A DNA stretch of 64,000 nucleotides. Source: Rhodoferax sp. GTDB lineage: Bacteria > Pseudomonadota > Gammaproteobacteria > Burkholderiales > Burkholderiaceae_C. The translations under genes were made by a program, and so were the position numbers. Numbering within the stretch: position 1 is the stretch's first letter; each line of letters begins with the position of its first letter. Shown one piece after another: positions 13,716 through 24,017 of this stretch. The DNA lies in assembly GCA_030697375.1 (NCBI GenBank), contig JAUYQD010000071.1, positions 27,088-91,087 on the forward strand, given 5' to 3'. The notes beneath the pieces were generated by a model. That model did not search any database. It saw nothing but the letters and a program-made list of their open reading frames with translations, and was not told the origin of the DNA.

Positions 13716-15086
13716 TCAACCCACCAAACGCATGACATCATTGAATATCGCAACGGTCATCATCAGCAGCAAAACCGCCAACCCCAGTTTTTGAAACCGC
13801 TCCATCCACGATTCCGAGACGGGCTTCCCGGTCAGCAACTCCCAAAGATAATACATCAGGTGCCCACCATCCAAAACCGGCAAGGGAAGCAGATTCAGCA
13901 CCCCAAGGCTGATGCTGATCAGCGCCAGAAAAATCACAAATGGCGTAAACCCAACCGCCGCCGACTTGCCCGCATAGTCGGCAATAGTCAGTGGCCCGCT
14001 CAGGTTCTTCAGAGAAGCGTCACCGGTCAGGATTTGTCCCATCATGTTCAGCGTCAAGACCGACACCTCCCAAGTCCGCGTGATGGCTCGCTCCACGCCA
14101 TCCGACGGCCCGTAACGAACTGTCTTCATCGCAGGTTGCGCGCCAATGTATGCCCCGACGCGCCCCACGGCAACATCTCCTTCTCGTTCCACCTTGGGCG
14201 ACACAGCGATGGTGAGCCGGGTACCGGCACGTTCCACCAGCCATGCCTGGGAACCTGCGGTGCCCGAACTCCCGGACGCCCGAATCAAGTCCCGCAATTG
14301 ACCAGCGTCCACTATTTCAAGCTGATCTACGCGCAGCACCCAATCCCCGGACTGCAAACCCGCTTGCTTTGCAGCGCCAGCTTCTGCCAAATCACCCAAC
14401 CTGGCTTGTGAAAAAGGGCCCAATATCCCGATACTTCGGAACATTTGCACATCGGCGTGGTGCGTGTCCATGCCAGCAATGTCCAAAACTACCTGCCTAA
14501 CCTCACCATGGGCGTCTCTACCAGGTGCAACATACTCCACCTGAAGATTACGGTGGGCCAATGCTGCCCGCGTCAACCACCAACGAAAATCTTCAAACGA
14601 AACCACTTCTTTCAGAGAGTCGCCGTCAAATGCCACGCGCCGAACCTGTTCGCCCCCTACCAGCCCGGCCCGTGCGGCGATAGAAGCCACGGCTGGGCGC
14701 GACAACACCGCTTGTGCTTGCTCCACACCGCTCCAATTGACCCAGGAATACAAAACAACTGCAAATATCAAATTGGCAAGTGGGCCCGCAGCAACAATAG
14801 CGGCCCTAATGCGCACTGGCTGAACATTAAAAGCCCGTGCACGCTCATGGGGCAATACAGCGCCTTCGCGTTCGTCCAGCATCTTCACATAGCCCCCCAA
14901 AGGAAGCAGCCCCACCACGAATTCAGTGCCAGATCTGGCCGATGTCCATCCCAACAAGCGCGGACCAAATCCAACGGAAAACCGTAAAACCTTGACACCG
15001 CAGGCTACCGCTACGCCATAGTGCCCCAACTCGTGGACGGCAACCAAAATGCCAATGGCGAAAATAAATGCGGCAACCGTCTGCAC
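13716..15086 (-). CDS. rseP: RIP metalloprotease RseP
   Basis: HELGH, PDZ region and NLLPLPVLDGGH; GTG start. Confidence 0.96.
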   Translation of the reverse strand: MQTVAAFIFAIGILVAVHELGHYGVAVACGVKVLRFSVGFGPRLLGWTSARSGTEFVVGLLPLGGYVKMLDEREGAVLPHERARAFNVQPVRIRAAIVAAGPLANLIFAVVLYSWVNWSGVEQAQAVLSRPAVASIAARAGLVGGEQVRRVAFDGDSLKEVVSFEDFRWWLTRAALAHRNLQVEYVAPGRDAHGEVRQVVLDIAGMDTHHADVQMFRSIGILGPFSQARLGDLAEAGAAKQAGLQSGDWVLRVDQLEIVDAGQLRDLIRASGSSGTAGSQAWLVERAGTRLTIAVSPKVEREGDVAVGRVGAYIGAQPAMKTVRYGPSDGVERAITRTWEVSVLTLNMMGQILTGDASLKNLSGPLTIADYAGKSAAVGFTPFVIFLALISISLGVLNLLPLPVLDGGHLMYYLWELLTGKPVSESWMERFQKLGLAVLLLMMTVAIFNDVMRLVG

Positions 15087-15104
15087 TACAACGCTCCGTA
15101 CAGA

Positions 15105-16304
15105 TCAGGCTGAAAAGCGCTGGATTGCGCCCTCGGCGGCATGCCTGGAAAGGTGATCCAAAGCCAGCAGATCAGTCAATGAACCAGGAGGGCAAGGCGT
15201 TATGGCCTCCAACGTTTCAGCATTGACATGGTGAATCTGGTCAAACCGGATTCTGCGTGCCAAAAAGGCAGCAACTGCAACTTCATTGGCTGCATTGAGG
15301 ACTGCTGTGGTGCCTGGCAAGGCATTCAGGACAGCCCAAGCCAACGCCAAACCAGGAAACCGTAGTTGATGGTCTTGCGTATCCATGGCCTCAAAGCTCA
15401 GATTGGACATGGCCGAAAAATCCAGTGCCGAGGCGCCCGAACTCACGCGGTGAGGCCAAGACAATCCATAAGCAATAGGGCCGCGCATATCGGGTGTACC
15501 CAGTTGTGCGACAACTGAGTTGTCCACATACTGAACCATCGAATGGATCACGCTTTGCGGGTGGATAACCACCTCGATTTTCTGTGGCACTAGACCAAAA
15601 AGAAATTTCGCTTCAATGACCTCTAGGGCCTTGTTCATCATGGTGGCGGAGTCCACCGAAATCTTTCGACCCATCACCCAATTGGGGTGGGCACAGGCTT
15701 CTTCTGGAGTGACGTCTCGCAAGGTCTGCGGAGCTCGGGTTCGGAAGGGCCCCCCGGATGCCGTAAGTATGATTTTGTCCACCCGGGAGGCCCAATCGGC
15801 CGGATTTTCCGGCAATGACTGAAAAATGGCCGAATGCTCACTGTCAATCGGCAGCAGTGTCGCGCCACCCGCGACCACGGTGTCCAGAAACAACTGCCCC
15901 CCCACCACCAAGGCTTCCTTGTTGGCGAGCAAGAGCCTCTTTCCGGTCCGCGCTGCCGCAAGGCATGGCGCCAATCCCGCAGCCCCCACGATAGCAGCCA
16001 TCACGATCTGGGCCAACTCATGCCCTGCCACCATTTCAATAGCCTCGCCGCCCCAGAGCACTCGGGTCCGCAAGTCCAAGGATTGGCAAGCAGCCTCCAG
16101 CGCCAATCCGTGGGTTTCACTGGCCATCACAGCAAAAACTGGCTTGAACTTGATGCATTGGGCAAGCATCAATTCAATGCTGGTGGAAGCGGTAAGGGCA
16201 AACACCTCAAAGCGATCAGGGTGCCGCTCAATGACATCCAGTGTACTAACACCAATGGAGCCGGTGGATCCCAGCACGACGACGCGGCTTTTTTCTAACT
16301 TCAT
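15105..16304 (-). CDS. dxr: 1-deoxy-D-xylulose-5-phosphate reductoisomerase
   Basis: LGSTGSIG, LANKE, PIDSEH and HPNWVMGRKISVDSATMMNK. Confidence 0.98.
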   Translation of the reverse strand: MKLEKSRVVVLGSTGSIGVSTLDVIERHPDRFEVFALTASTSIELMLAQCIKFKPVFAVMASETHGLALEAACQSLDLRTRVLWGGEAIEMVAGHELAQIVMAAIVGAAGLAPCLAAARTGKRLLLANKEALVVGGQLFLDTVVAGGATLLPIDSEHSAIFQSLPENPADWASRVDKIILTASGGPFRTRAPQTLRDVTPEEACAHPNWVMGRKISVDSATMMNKALEVIEAKFLFGLVPQKIEVVIHPQSVIHSMVQYVDNSVVAQLGTPDMRGPIAYGLSWPHRVSSGASALDFSAMSNLSFEAMDTQDHQLRFPGLALAWAVLNALPGTTAVLNAANEVAVAAFLARRIRFDQIHHVNAETLEAITPCPPGSLTDLLALDHLSRHAAEGAIQRFSA

Positions 16305-17146
16305 AAGGTACTCAGCATCATTGCCAATGGAAGAATCGGTAACAAGGCATCCACACGGTCCAATACACCGCCGTGCCCAGGAAGCAGCCCGCTGCTGTCT
16401 TTGACACCCGCACTGCGTTTGAACAGGGACTCGACAAGGTCCCCAACCACGCTCATGGTCGCAAGAAACACAACGCCCAGCACCATGAAAGCCGGACTGA
16501 TGCCCCCCATTCGACTGTACAAACTGGCTTGATCAGCTGGGCCAGAACCGTCCAAAGACCGCCAAACGAATGCGCACAGCAGCACGCCCAACATACCACC
16601 GCACACCCCCTCCCACGTCTTCCCAGGACTGATGGAGGGCGCCAGCTTACGCGTGAAGAAACGCCCCCCAAATGCCCGGCCAGCAAAATAGGCAAATATG
16701 TCGGCGATCCACACCAAGACCAGGACTGAGAAAAGAAAGTTGATGCCCATCATGCGGGCTTTGGCAACCGCCATCCATGCCACCCATAAGGCCAGGACCC
16801 CACCACCCAAACGCAGCCCCTGCGGCACAGTGCCCCATGCATTCACCCCTGCACGCAAAAGCCAAGCGCCAAGCACCACCCAGGCAGCACCCGCAAGTGT
16901 CCAAAGCATATGGGATGGGGCTTGCAGCATGCCTGCTGACCAAGACACCAGACAGATTCCCGCACACAAACCAGCAAGGGCCAGAGACGCTGCCTGACCG
17001 CATTGGTTGAGTTTGGCCCACTCCCATGCACCGGCGGCGATCAATACCACAGCCAGTGCGCTAAACGCCTTAGGATCTGGGTAGAAAACGGTTGGAAGCA
17101 AAATCGCCAGCATCACGATGGCAGTAATAATTCTCTGCTTCAGCAT
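16301..17146 (-). CDS. cdsA: Phosphatidate cytidylyltransferase
   Basis: Starts MLKQRIITA; SPGKTWEG and DSSGLLPGHGGVLDRVD. Confidence 0.96.
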   Translation of the reverse strand: MLKQRIITAIVMLAILLPTVFYPDPKAFSALAVVLIAAGAWEWAKLNQCGQAASLALAGLCAGICLVSWSAGMLQAPSHMLWTLAGAAWVVLGAWLLRAGVNAWGTVPQGLRLGGGVLALWVAWMAVAKARMMGINFLFSVLVLVWIADIFAYFAGRAFGGRFFTRKLAPSISPGKTWEGVCGGMLGVLLCAFVWRSLDGSGPADQASLYSRMGGISPAFMVLGVVFLATMSVVGDLVESLFKRSAGVKDSSGLLPGHGGVLDRVDALLPILPLAMMLSTL

Positions 17147-17359
17147 TGAACACCCTCGGTTAGGTATGGATACAGGCACCGGCTCCACTTGGCACAAAGT
17201 TCCAGCAAATGGCAACGGATAGGGAGCATAGCCCAGTCATGCTGACGCGAGAGCTCGCGTGGTGAATTCTCGTGGCGATCAGTGCCCATCCACATGGGTG
17301 GCCATGGATGGGCATGAATGAGCCTAGCTCACCCAATACGCACAGACTTTAGGAAAGTG

Positions 17360-17920
17360 TCAAACCGCCATGATGTCTTGTTCCTTGGCGGCAACAAGAC
17401 GGTCCACTTCCACAATATGCCTATCGGTCACTTTTTGAATTTCAGCTTCTGAACGCTTTTGCTCGTCCTCCGAAGCCAGCTTCTCTTTCACCAGCTTCTT
17501 CACAGCCTCATTGGAATCACGCCGCAAATTGCGAACTGCAATTTTGGCACTCTCTCCTTCGCTGCGCACCAACTTGGTCAGCTCGCGCCGACGCTCTTCG
17601 GTCATGACAGGCATAGGAACTCGGATCAAATCCCCCATGCTGGACGGATTCAAACCCAAGTCACTGTCGCGAATGGCTTTTTCAATTTTGGCGCCCATTC
17701 CTTTTTCCCACGGCTGCACGCTCACCGTTCTGGAGTCCAACAGTGAAAGATTGGCAACCTGACTCAAAGGAACCATGGACCCGTAGTAATCCACCTGAAC
17801 GGAGTCCAGCAGTGCCGGGTTGGCACGGCCCGTACGGATTTTTGAGAGATTGTTCTTGAAAGCACTGATGGACTGGTCCATTTTGCTTTCCAAATTTCTT
17901 TTTATTTCATCAATTGCCAT
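17360..17920 (-). CDS. frr: Ribosome recycling factor
   Basis: [12 protein letters not shown] and RNLRRD; 186 aa. Confidence 0.98.
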   Translation of the reverse strand: MAIDEIKRNLESKMDQSISAFKNNLSKIRTGRANPALLDSVQVDYYGSMVPLSQVANLSLLDSRTVSVQPWEKGMGAKIEKAIRDSDLGLNPSSMGDLIRVPMPVMTEERRRELTKLVRSEGESAKIAVRNLRRDSNEAVKKLVKEKLASEDEQKRSEAEIQKVTDRHIVEVDRLVAAKEQDIMAV

Positions 17921-17969
17921 TTTTCATCCTCACATCACCAAAGCCAATGCAATAGAGCCCAAATGCTCT

Positions 17970-18692
17970 TTACACGTGCACAAGCGTCCCTTCATCCTCA
18001 CCCATGACCACGCGTTTCAAAGCGCCGTGTTTAAAAATGGAAAACACTTTGATGGGCAGCTTTTGATCACGACAGAGCGCGAAAGCCGCAGCATCCATGA
18101 TGCCTAAATTTTGCCGCATTGCATCGTCAAAAGTAAGGCTGGTGTAACGGGTAGCCAGAGGATCTTTTTTGGGATCCGCCGTGTAAACACCATCCACTTT
18201 GGTCGCCTTGAGCACAATTTCCGCACCAATTTCCGCACCGCGCAAGGCCGCCGCTGTATCAGTCGTAAAGAAAGGATTGCCCGTTCCGGCTGCAAAAATG
18301 ACGACTTTGCCCTCTTCCAAATACTGCAAGGCCTTGGGCCGCACGTACGGCTCAACCACCTGCTCTATCCCGATAGCAGACATCACACGGGCAATCAACC
18401 CGGCCTTATTCATGGTGTCACCCAATGCCAGGGCATTCATAACGGTCGCCAACATGCCCATGTAATCTGCCGTAGCTCGGTCCATTCCAACGGAACCGCC
18501 TGCCACGCCCCTGAAGATATTGCCGCCGCCAATGACAACCGCAACCTCCACACCCAAGCGCGTCACTTCGGCAACTTCGTCCACCATACGCACGATGGTG
18601 TCCCGATTGATGCCGAAGTGGTCGTCACCCATCAAGGCCTCGCCCGAAAGCTTCAGCAGTATTCGCTTGTATGCCGGACGTTCTTGGTTCAT
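17970..18692 (-). CDS. pyrH: UMP kinase
   Basis: [15 protein letters not shown] and [16 protein letters not shown]; alternative start at 18713. Confidence 0.97.
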   Translation of the reverse strand: MNQERPAYKRILLKLSGEALMGDDHFGINRDTIVRMVDEVAEVTRLGVEVAVVIGGGNIFRGVAGGSVGMDRATADYMGMLATVMNALALGDTMNKAGLIARVMSAIGIEQVVEPYVRPKALQYLEEGKVVIFAAGTGNPFFTTDTAAALRGAEIGAEIVLKATKVDGVYTADPKKDPLATRYTSLTFDDAMRQNLGIMDAAAFALCRDQKLPIKVFSIFKHGALKRVVMGEDEGTLVHV

Positions 18693-18747
18693 GGATGACT
18701 CTTTCAGTTGCATAGGAATTGGCTCAATACTTCAAACAAATTGCAAA

Positions 18748-19671
18748 TCAAGCAGCCTGCTTTGCCGCAGCGATTTGGGCAGCCACTTCACCTGCAAAAT
18801 CATCAACCTTCTTCTCGATGCCTTCACCAACCACGTACAAGGTAAAGCCTTTGACGGTCGTTCCTACGGACTTGAGCATTTGCTCCACAGTCTGCTTGTC
18901 ATTTTTGACAAAAGTCTGATTGAACAAAGACACTTCTTTCAGGTATTTTTGTACACCGCCATCAATGCGTTTGGCAACAATTTCTGGCGACTGAACCGGC
19001 TTGCCAGCAGCGGTTGCTACAGCTGCATCTTCTGCAGCCTTGGCAGCAGCCACAGAACGTTCACGCTCCACCAACTCCGCAGGCACGTCACCACTGGACA
19101 GTGCAACGGGTTTCATGGCAGCCACATGCATGGCCACATCCTTGGCGGCGACTTCGTCACCCTCAAACTCCACCACCACGCCAATGCGCGTGCCATGCAG
19201 ATAAGACGCCAACTGGGCGCCCGTTGCAAAACGTTTGAAACGGCGGAAAGTCATGTTCTCGCCGATTTTTCCAATCAGACCTTTGCGAACATCTTCCAAT
19301 GTAGGACCAAAACCATCTTGAGAATACGCAAGCGCGCCCAATGCAGCCACATCGGCCGGGTCATTCTTGGCAATCAAAGACGCAGCCGCATTGGCCAAGG
19401 CCAAAAAGCTGTCATTCTTGGTGACGAAATCGGTTTCGCAATTGACTTCAATCAAGGAACCAACGGTACCTTCGATGCAGCTTGCCACGACACCTTCAGC
19501 AGTGATACGCGCAGCTGCCTTGCCAGCCTTGCTTCCCAGTTTGACACGCAGCAACTCTTCTGCTTTGGCCATATCGCCTTCAGCTTCTGTCAGCGCTCTC
19601 TTGCATTCCATCATCGGTGCGTCGGTTTTTCCACGCAGTTCAGCAACCATGCTCGCGGTAATTGCAGCCAT
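18748..19671 (-). CDS. tsf: Elongation factor Ts
   Basis: [12 protein letters not shown] and EVNCETDFV. Confidence 0.98.
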   Translation of the reverse strand: MAAITASMVAELRGKTDAPMMECKRALTEAEGDMAKAEELLRVKLGSKAGKAAARITAEGVVASCIEGTVGSLIEVNCETDFVTKNDSFLALANAAASLIAKNDPADVAALGALAYSQDGFGPTLEDVRKGLIGKIGENMTFRRFKRFATGAQLASYLHGTRIGVVVEFEGDEVAAKDVAMHVAAMKPVALSSGDVPAELVERERSVAAAKAAEDAAVATAAGKPVQSPEIVAKRIDGGVQKYLKEVSLFNQTFVKNDKQTVEQMLKSVGTTVKGFTLYVVGEGIEKKVDDFAGEVAAQIAAAKQAA

Positions 19672-19711
19672 CTCGATTCTCCGTAATCAGTTCAACAGTT
19701 TAATAAAAGTT

Positions 19712-19740
19712 AAAAAAAAGGGGCTACCAAGCCCCCTTTT
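19712..19740 (-). terminator. Terminator/attenuator between rpsB and tsf
   Basis: GGGGC/GCCCC stem followed by a T8 run on the minus strand; same position as the E. coli rpsB-tsf attenuator. Confidence 0.75.
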
Positions 19741-19756
19741 CCGGGCAAACAAAGCT

Positions 19757-20509
19757 TCAGGCAGAAGCTTCACTCACCTCAACAAACTCATCTTCACTCT
19801 CAGCCACAACTGCCTTGACCACATCGTCAACTGCGTTGGCACGGCCTTCCAGGATAGCGTCTGCAATGCCACGGGCGTACAAAGTCACCGCCTTGGAGGA
19901 GTCATCATTGCCAGGAATGACGTAATCAATACCTTCGGGAGAATGGTTGGAATCCACCACACCGATCAAAGGAATGCCCAGCTTGCGCGCTTCAGCGATA
20001 GCAATTTTGTGGTAACCGACGTCGATCACGAAAATCGCATCTGGCAAAGTCGTCATATCCTGGATGCCGCCGATGTCTTTTTCCAGTTTTGCCAACTCAC
20101 GAGCAAACATCAGTTGCTCTTTCTTGCTCATGGAGTCCAAGCCAGCTTCTTGCTGAATCTTCATGTCTTTCAGACGCTTGATGGAGGTCTTGACCGTCTT
20201 GAAATTGGTCAACATACCGCCCAACCAGCGCTGATCCACATAGGACACACCAGCGCGCTGCGCTTCTTCAGCCACGGTTTCGCGGGCTTGGCGCTTGGTA
20301 CCTACCATCAAAATGTTGCCGCGCTTAGCCGACAGTTGGCGAACAAACTTGGCCGCCTCCTGAAACATCGGCAGCGACTTTTCCAAATTGATGATGTGAA
20401 TCTTGTTGCGATGGCCGAAAATAAACGGGGCCATCTTAGGGTTCCAGAAGCGGGTTTGGTGTCCGAAGTGAACGCCGGCTTCCAGCATTTCGCGCATTGT
20501 TACTGCCAT
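19757..20509 (-). CDS. rpsB: 30S ribosomal protein S2
   Basis: [19 protein letters not shown] and IPGNDD. Confidence 0.99.
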   Translation of the reverse strand: MAVTMREMLEAGVHFGHQTRFWNPKMAPFIFGHRNKIHIINLEKSLPMFQEAAKFVRQLSAKRGNILMVGTKRQARETVAEEAQRAGVSYVDQRWLGGMLTNFKTVKTSIKRLKDMKIQQEAGLDSMSKKEQLMFARELAKLEKDIGGIQDMTTLPDAIFVIDVGYHKIAIAEARKLGIPLIGVVDSNHSPEGIDYVIPGNDDSSKAVTLYARGIADAILEGRANAVDDVVKAVVAESEDEFVEVSEASA

Positions 20510-20511
20510 AA

Positions 20512-20615
20512 ATTACTCCAAAGGTTGAGTCTAAAATTCAGTCCGCTTTTTGTCGGCTGAGAACAAAGAAATTTCTCTACCGGACAACACCTTGACGGGA
20601 CTGGTTTGCGATTGA
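20512..20615 (-). promoter_or_regulatory. rpsB 5' leader, candidate S2 autoregulatory RNA (t44-like)
   Basis: Long-range CAGTCC/GGACTG stem closing the leader, then TCAACC before the RBS; TATACT -10 at 20656-20661. Confidence 0.65.
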
Positions 20616-20771
20616 ATTGCAGGCAGGACATTCGTGCCACCAGCAAAACCCAAGGAGTATAACACGGACCAAAGCAGAAGCAGAGGTCCGTATCCCGGTG
20701 GACCACCACTGGAAATGGTCTTCATCAAACCGGTTCTACACTTCCCATTCCGCGCCTACTGGATCGATAAC

Positions 20772-21755
20772 ATGGCTTTTGCCCCCCCCGTGAAATACTT
20801 GGCCCTTGCTGGCCCCACCGCCGCAGGCAAAACGGCTGCGGCCCTGGCCATCGCACGGGCGCACCCGGTGGAGATCATCAGCGTGGACTCGGCGCTGGTG
20901 TACTGCGGCATGGACATTGGCACCGCCAAGCCCAGCACACAGGAAATGGCGGAAGTCCCCCACCATCTCATCAATATCCGAGACCCGCTGCAACCCTACA
21001 GCGCGGCGGAGTTCGTGAAAGACGCCCAATTGCTCATCAAGGACATTGCGGCGCGCGGCAAATTGCCCCTGCTGGTGGGCGGCACCATGCTGTATTTCAA
21101 GGCGCTGGCCGATGGACTCGACCCCATGCCCGCCGCCAACGCCGAAGTGCGGGCAGCACTGGAACTGGAAGCACAAGCCCACGGTTGGCCCGCCATGCAC
21201 GCCGCGCTGGCGGTGGTGGACCCGGTCACCGCAGCCCGTTTGGCACCGGCGGATAGCCAACGCATCCAGCGTGCGCTGGAGGTCTACCGACTGTCAGGCC
21301 TGCCTTTGTCACACTTTCACGCCGCCAAAAATGCTATCAAAACAGAAGCTGCTCACGCAGATTCCACGGGGGCTGGAGCCCTAATTTCATTAGAACCAAC
21401 GCAACGCAGTTGGTTACACGAGCGGATTGCCCAACGCTTTGACGCCATGCTGACCCAGGGTTTTTTGGACGAAATGCGCGCCCTGCGTGCCCGAGGCGAC
21501 CTGAATCCCGACCTGCCCGCCATGCGCTGTGTGGGCTACCGCCAGGCGTGGGAGGCGATGGATGGTGTATTTTCCATGGCCGAATTGCGCGACCGCGGCA
21601 TTTTTGCCACCCGCCAACTGGCCAAACGCCAGATTACCTGGCTGCGCTCCATGCCGCACCGCCATGTGGTGGCCTGCGATCACCCGGACGCACTGGCCCA
21701 GGTTTTGCGGCATGTGCGCGAAACCCTCAACGCCGCCCCACAACACCGCCAGTAG
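20772..21755 (+). CDS. miaA: tRNA dimethylallyltransferase
   Basis: GPTAAGKT P-loop, [14 protein letters not shown] and [11 protein letters not shown]. Confidence 0.97.
   Translation: MAFAPPVKYLALAGPTAAGKTAAALAIARAHPVEIISVDSALVYCGMDIGTAKPSTQEMAEVPHHLINIRDPLQPYSAAEFVKDAQLLIKDIAARGKLPLLVGGTMLYFKALADGLDPMPAANAEVRAALELEAQAHGWPAMHAALAVVDPVTAARLAPADSQRIQRALEVYRLSGLPLSHFHAAKNAIKTEAAHADSTGAGALISLEPTQRSWLHERIAQRFDAMLTQGFLDEMRALRARGDLNPDLPAMRCVGYRQAWEAMDGVFSMAELRDRGIFATRQLAKRQITWLRSMPHRHVVACDHPDALAQVLRHVRETLNAAPQHRQ
21333..21374 (+). repeat. Dispersed 42-bp spaced motif, copy inside miaA (sense)
   Basis: GCTAT CAAAACA GAAGC TGCTCACGCA GATTCCACGG GGGCT. Confidence 0.85.
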
Positions 21756-22415
21756 TTACCACAGGGTTTGCAAGGCACCATCCCACAGGCACACCCCACG
21801 CGAGGCCATGACGCGCGCCTCCGCCTCGTCATGGGTCACCAGCAGCGCAGCCATCCCGGCCGAGGCAATGCGTTGGCGGAATTCATCACGCAACTGAAAG
21901 CGAAGCTCAGCATCCAGCGCAGAAAAAGGCTCGTCCAGCAGCAACACACGCGGCTGTGTGATCAGGGCCCGCGCCAGCGCCACGCGTTGCTGCTCGCCCC
22001 CGGACAACTGCCAGACTTTGGCTTGGGCGAATGCCGCTATGCCAAAGCGCTGCAGCATGGCCTGGGCCCGCTCCCGCGCAACAGCCTTGCGCATCCCCTG
22101 CTCCACCAAACCAAAAGCCACGTTGTCCTGCACGTTGAGGTGCGGGAACAGGGCAAAGTCCTGGAACATCAGGGCAAAGCCCCGCCACTCTGGCGCCAGG
22201 GTCGTGATGTCCTGGCCGTTGAACCGCACCTGTCCAGCGTCCAGCGGCTCCAGGCCCGCCACGATCTTGAGCAAAGTGCTTTTGCCGCTGCCAGAGGACC
22301 CCAAAATCGCCACGGTATCGCCGGGATGTACGTTCAGACTCAGGTCGCGCAGCAAAACCCGTGTTTCGCCCTGGCGCGGTTGCCATTTTTTGAAAATCGA
22401 TTGCAGTTCAAGCAT
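21756..22415 (-). CDS. thiQ: ABC transporter ATP-binding protein, thiamine import (ThiQ-like)
   Basis: GSSGSGKST, LSGGEQQR and LLLDEPF; last gene of the TPP-controlled operon. Confidence 0.8.
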   Translation of the reverse strand: MLELQSIFKKWQPRQGETRVLLRDLSLNVHPGDTVAILGSSGSGKSTLLKIVAGLEPLDAGQVRFNGQDITTLAPEWRGFALMFQDFALFPHLNVQDNVAFGLVEQGMRKAVARERAQAMLQRFGIAAFAQAKVWQLSGGEQQRVALARALITQPRVLLLDEPFSALDAELRFQLRDEFRQRIASAGMAALLVTHDEAEARVMASRGVCLWDGALQTLW

Positions 22416-23997
22416 GGGAGTGCTCCTCGGGTGCGCTCCACTCGATCAGGACAAAGGCCGCCAGGGCCAAGGCCATGAGCACACAGGCCAGCACCAGCGC
22501 GGCGTCCATGTTGGCGGCGCCGGGGCGCCCCAGGTGTTCGTAGATCAGTGTGGTGAGCGTGGCCCACTCGGGGCGAGACAAAAACAGGGTGACGGCAAAC
22601 TCGCCCACGGCCGTGGCGGCGGCAAAGGCCATGCCCCGGCGCAAGGCAGGCGCCATCAAGGGCAAAGTGACGCGCCAAAAGGCACGCCACGGCGTGGCGC
22701 CCAGCGAGCGGGCCGCCGCTTGGTAGCTGACCGGCATACTGTCCAGACTGGATGCCAGCGATTTGGCGACAAAAGGATAGGCCAGGAGCGTATAGGCCGC
22801 CACCAGCAGCCAGAAACTGCCCGTCCAGGCGGGGTACAGGAGCAACAGGCCAAACGCGACCATCACCGGTGACACCACAAAGGGCAAAAACACCAGCGTG
22901 CGCAGCAGCAAGGAACGGCGTGCCGCCAAGGCATGGGCCAGACCCAGGGCGGTGGCCACCATCAGCGCCAGGGCGGAAAAGCGTGCGGTGTTCCACAGGG
23001 CGTGCAAGGTGTCTTCCTGCAGCAGAACATGCCACGCACCCGCTCCTGAAAACATAGCACGCCACGCAATCGCCATAAGGGGTGCAGCACAAAACAATGC
23101 CAAAATTGCAACACTTCCCAGCACCGCCGCCCATTGGGCGGCACCTTGGGGAGAGCGGCGCGCCACCCGGTCCGCACGCACCGGCGTGGCCAGCCGTTGC
23201 TCGATGGCGGCGTAGGCCAAGGCCACCAGGGCGGTCAGGACCAGCATCCACAACGCCAGCACCCCCGCTTGTGCCAACTGCAGTTCATGCGCCACCAGCG
23301 TGTAGATTTCGACTTCGGCGGTCGCGTATTCCTGGCCGCCCAGCACCAGCGCCAGGCCAAAGCCGGAAAAGCAGTACAAAAACACCAGGCACAGCGCCGA
23401 CATCAACCACGGGGCGATAGCGGGCCATTCCACCCGCCAAAACGCGCGCCACGGGGTGGCGCCCAGGGTGCGCGCTGCGGCCACACGCGCCGCACTCACC
23501 TGGCCCAGCGCGTCGGTGGCGGCGCGCACCAGCACACACAGATTGAAGAACAAATTGCCATACAACAGCAGCCACGGCGTGCCTTGCAAGTCGGGCCCAC
23601 CCCATTGCACCAGCAGCCCATGCGGCCCCATCAAGGCCAACACCCCCATGGCCGCGACCAGCGTGGGCACCACAAAGGGCAGCATCAGGCCGCGCAAGAT
23701 CAGGGTGCGGCCCGCAAAGTCAAAGCGCGCCAACACCCAGGCCACCGGCAAGCCCAACAGCAGGGACGCAACGCACGTCGCGCCCGCCTGCAAAAACGAC
23801 CAGGCCATGCGCCAGCGCAAATAGGGGTCTTGCCACGGCGCCCAGACCGCACTCCAAACGCCCTGCCCGCCTGGCACGCCCTCCCAGCCCTGCGCTACCA
23901 GCCGCACCGCAGGCGCCACCAGCACCACCAGCAAAAAGACCAGTGGCAGGAGCGCCAGGGCATGGGGCGCTACGGCGCAGCGTATGCGCGCCAGCAT
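22408..23997 (-). CDS. thiP: ABC permease, duplicated ThiP/FbpB type
   Basis: Two EAA-like loops (AAARTLGATPWRAF, AAARSLGATPWRAF); start approximate. Confidence 0.82.
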   Translation of the reverse strand: MLARIRCAVAPHALALLPLVFLLVVLVAPAVRLVAQGWEGVPGGQGVWSAVWAPWQDPYLRWRMAWSFLQAGATCVASLLLGLPVAWVLARFDFAGRTLILRGLMLPFVVPTLVAAMGVLALMGPHGLLVQWGGPDLQGTPWLLLYGNLFFNLCVLVRAATDALGQVSAARVAAARTLGATPWRAFWRVEWPAIAPWLMSALCLVFLYCFSGFGLALVLGGQEYATAEVEIYTLVAHELQLAQAGVLALWMLVLTALVALAYAAIEQRLATPVRADRVARRSPQGAAQWAAVLGSVAILALFCAAPLMAIAWRAMFSGAGAWHVLLQEDTLHALWNTARFSALALMVATALGLAHALAARRSLLLRTLVFLPFVVSPVMVAFGLLLLYPAWTGSFWLLVAAYTLLAYPFVAKSLASSLDSMPVSYQAAARSLGATPWRAFWRVTLPLMAPALRRGMAFAAATAVGEFAVTLFLSRPEWATLTTLIYEHLGRPGAANMDAALVLACVLMALALAAFVLIEWSAPEEHSHA

Positions 23998-24017
23998 CAC
24001 ACCCGGCAAATGGGGTC

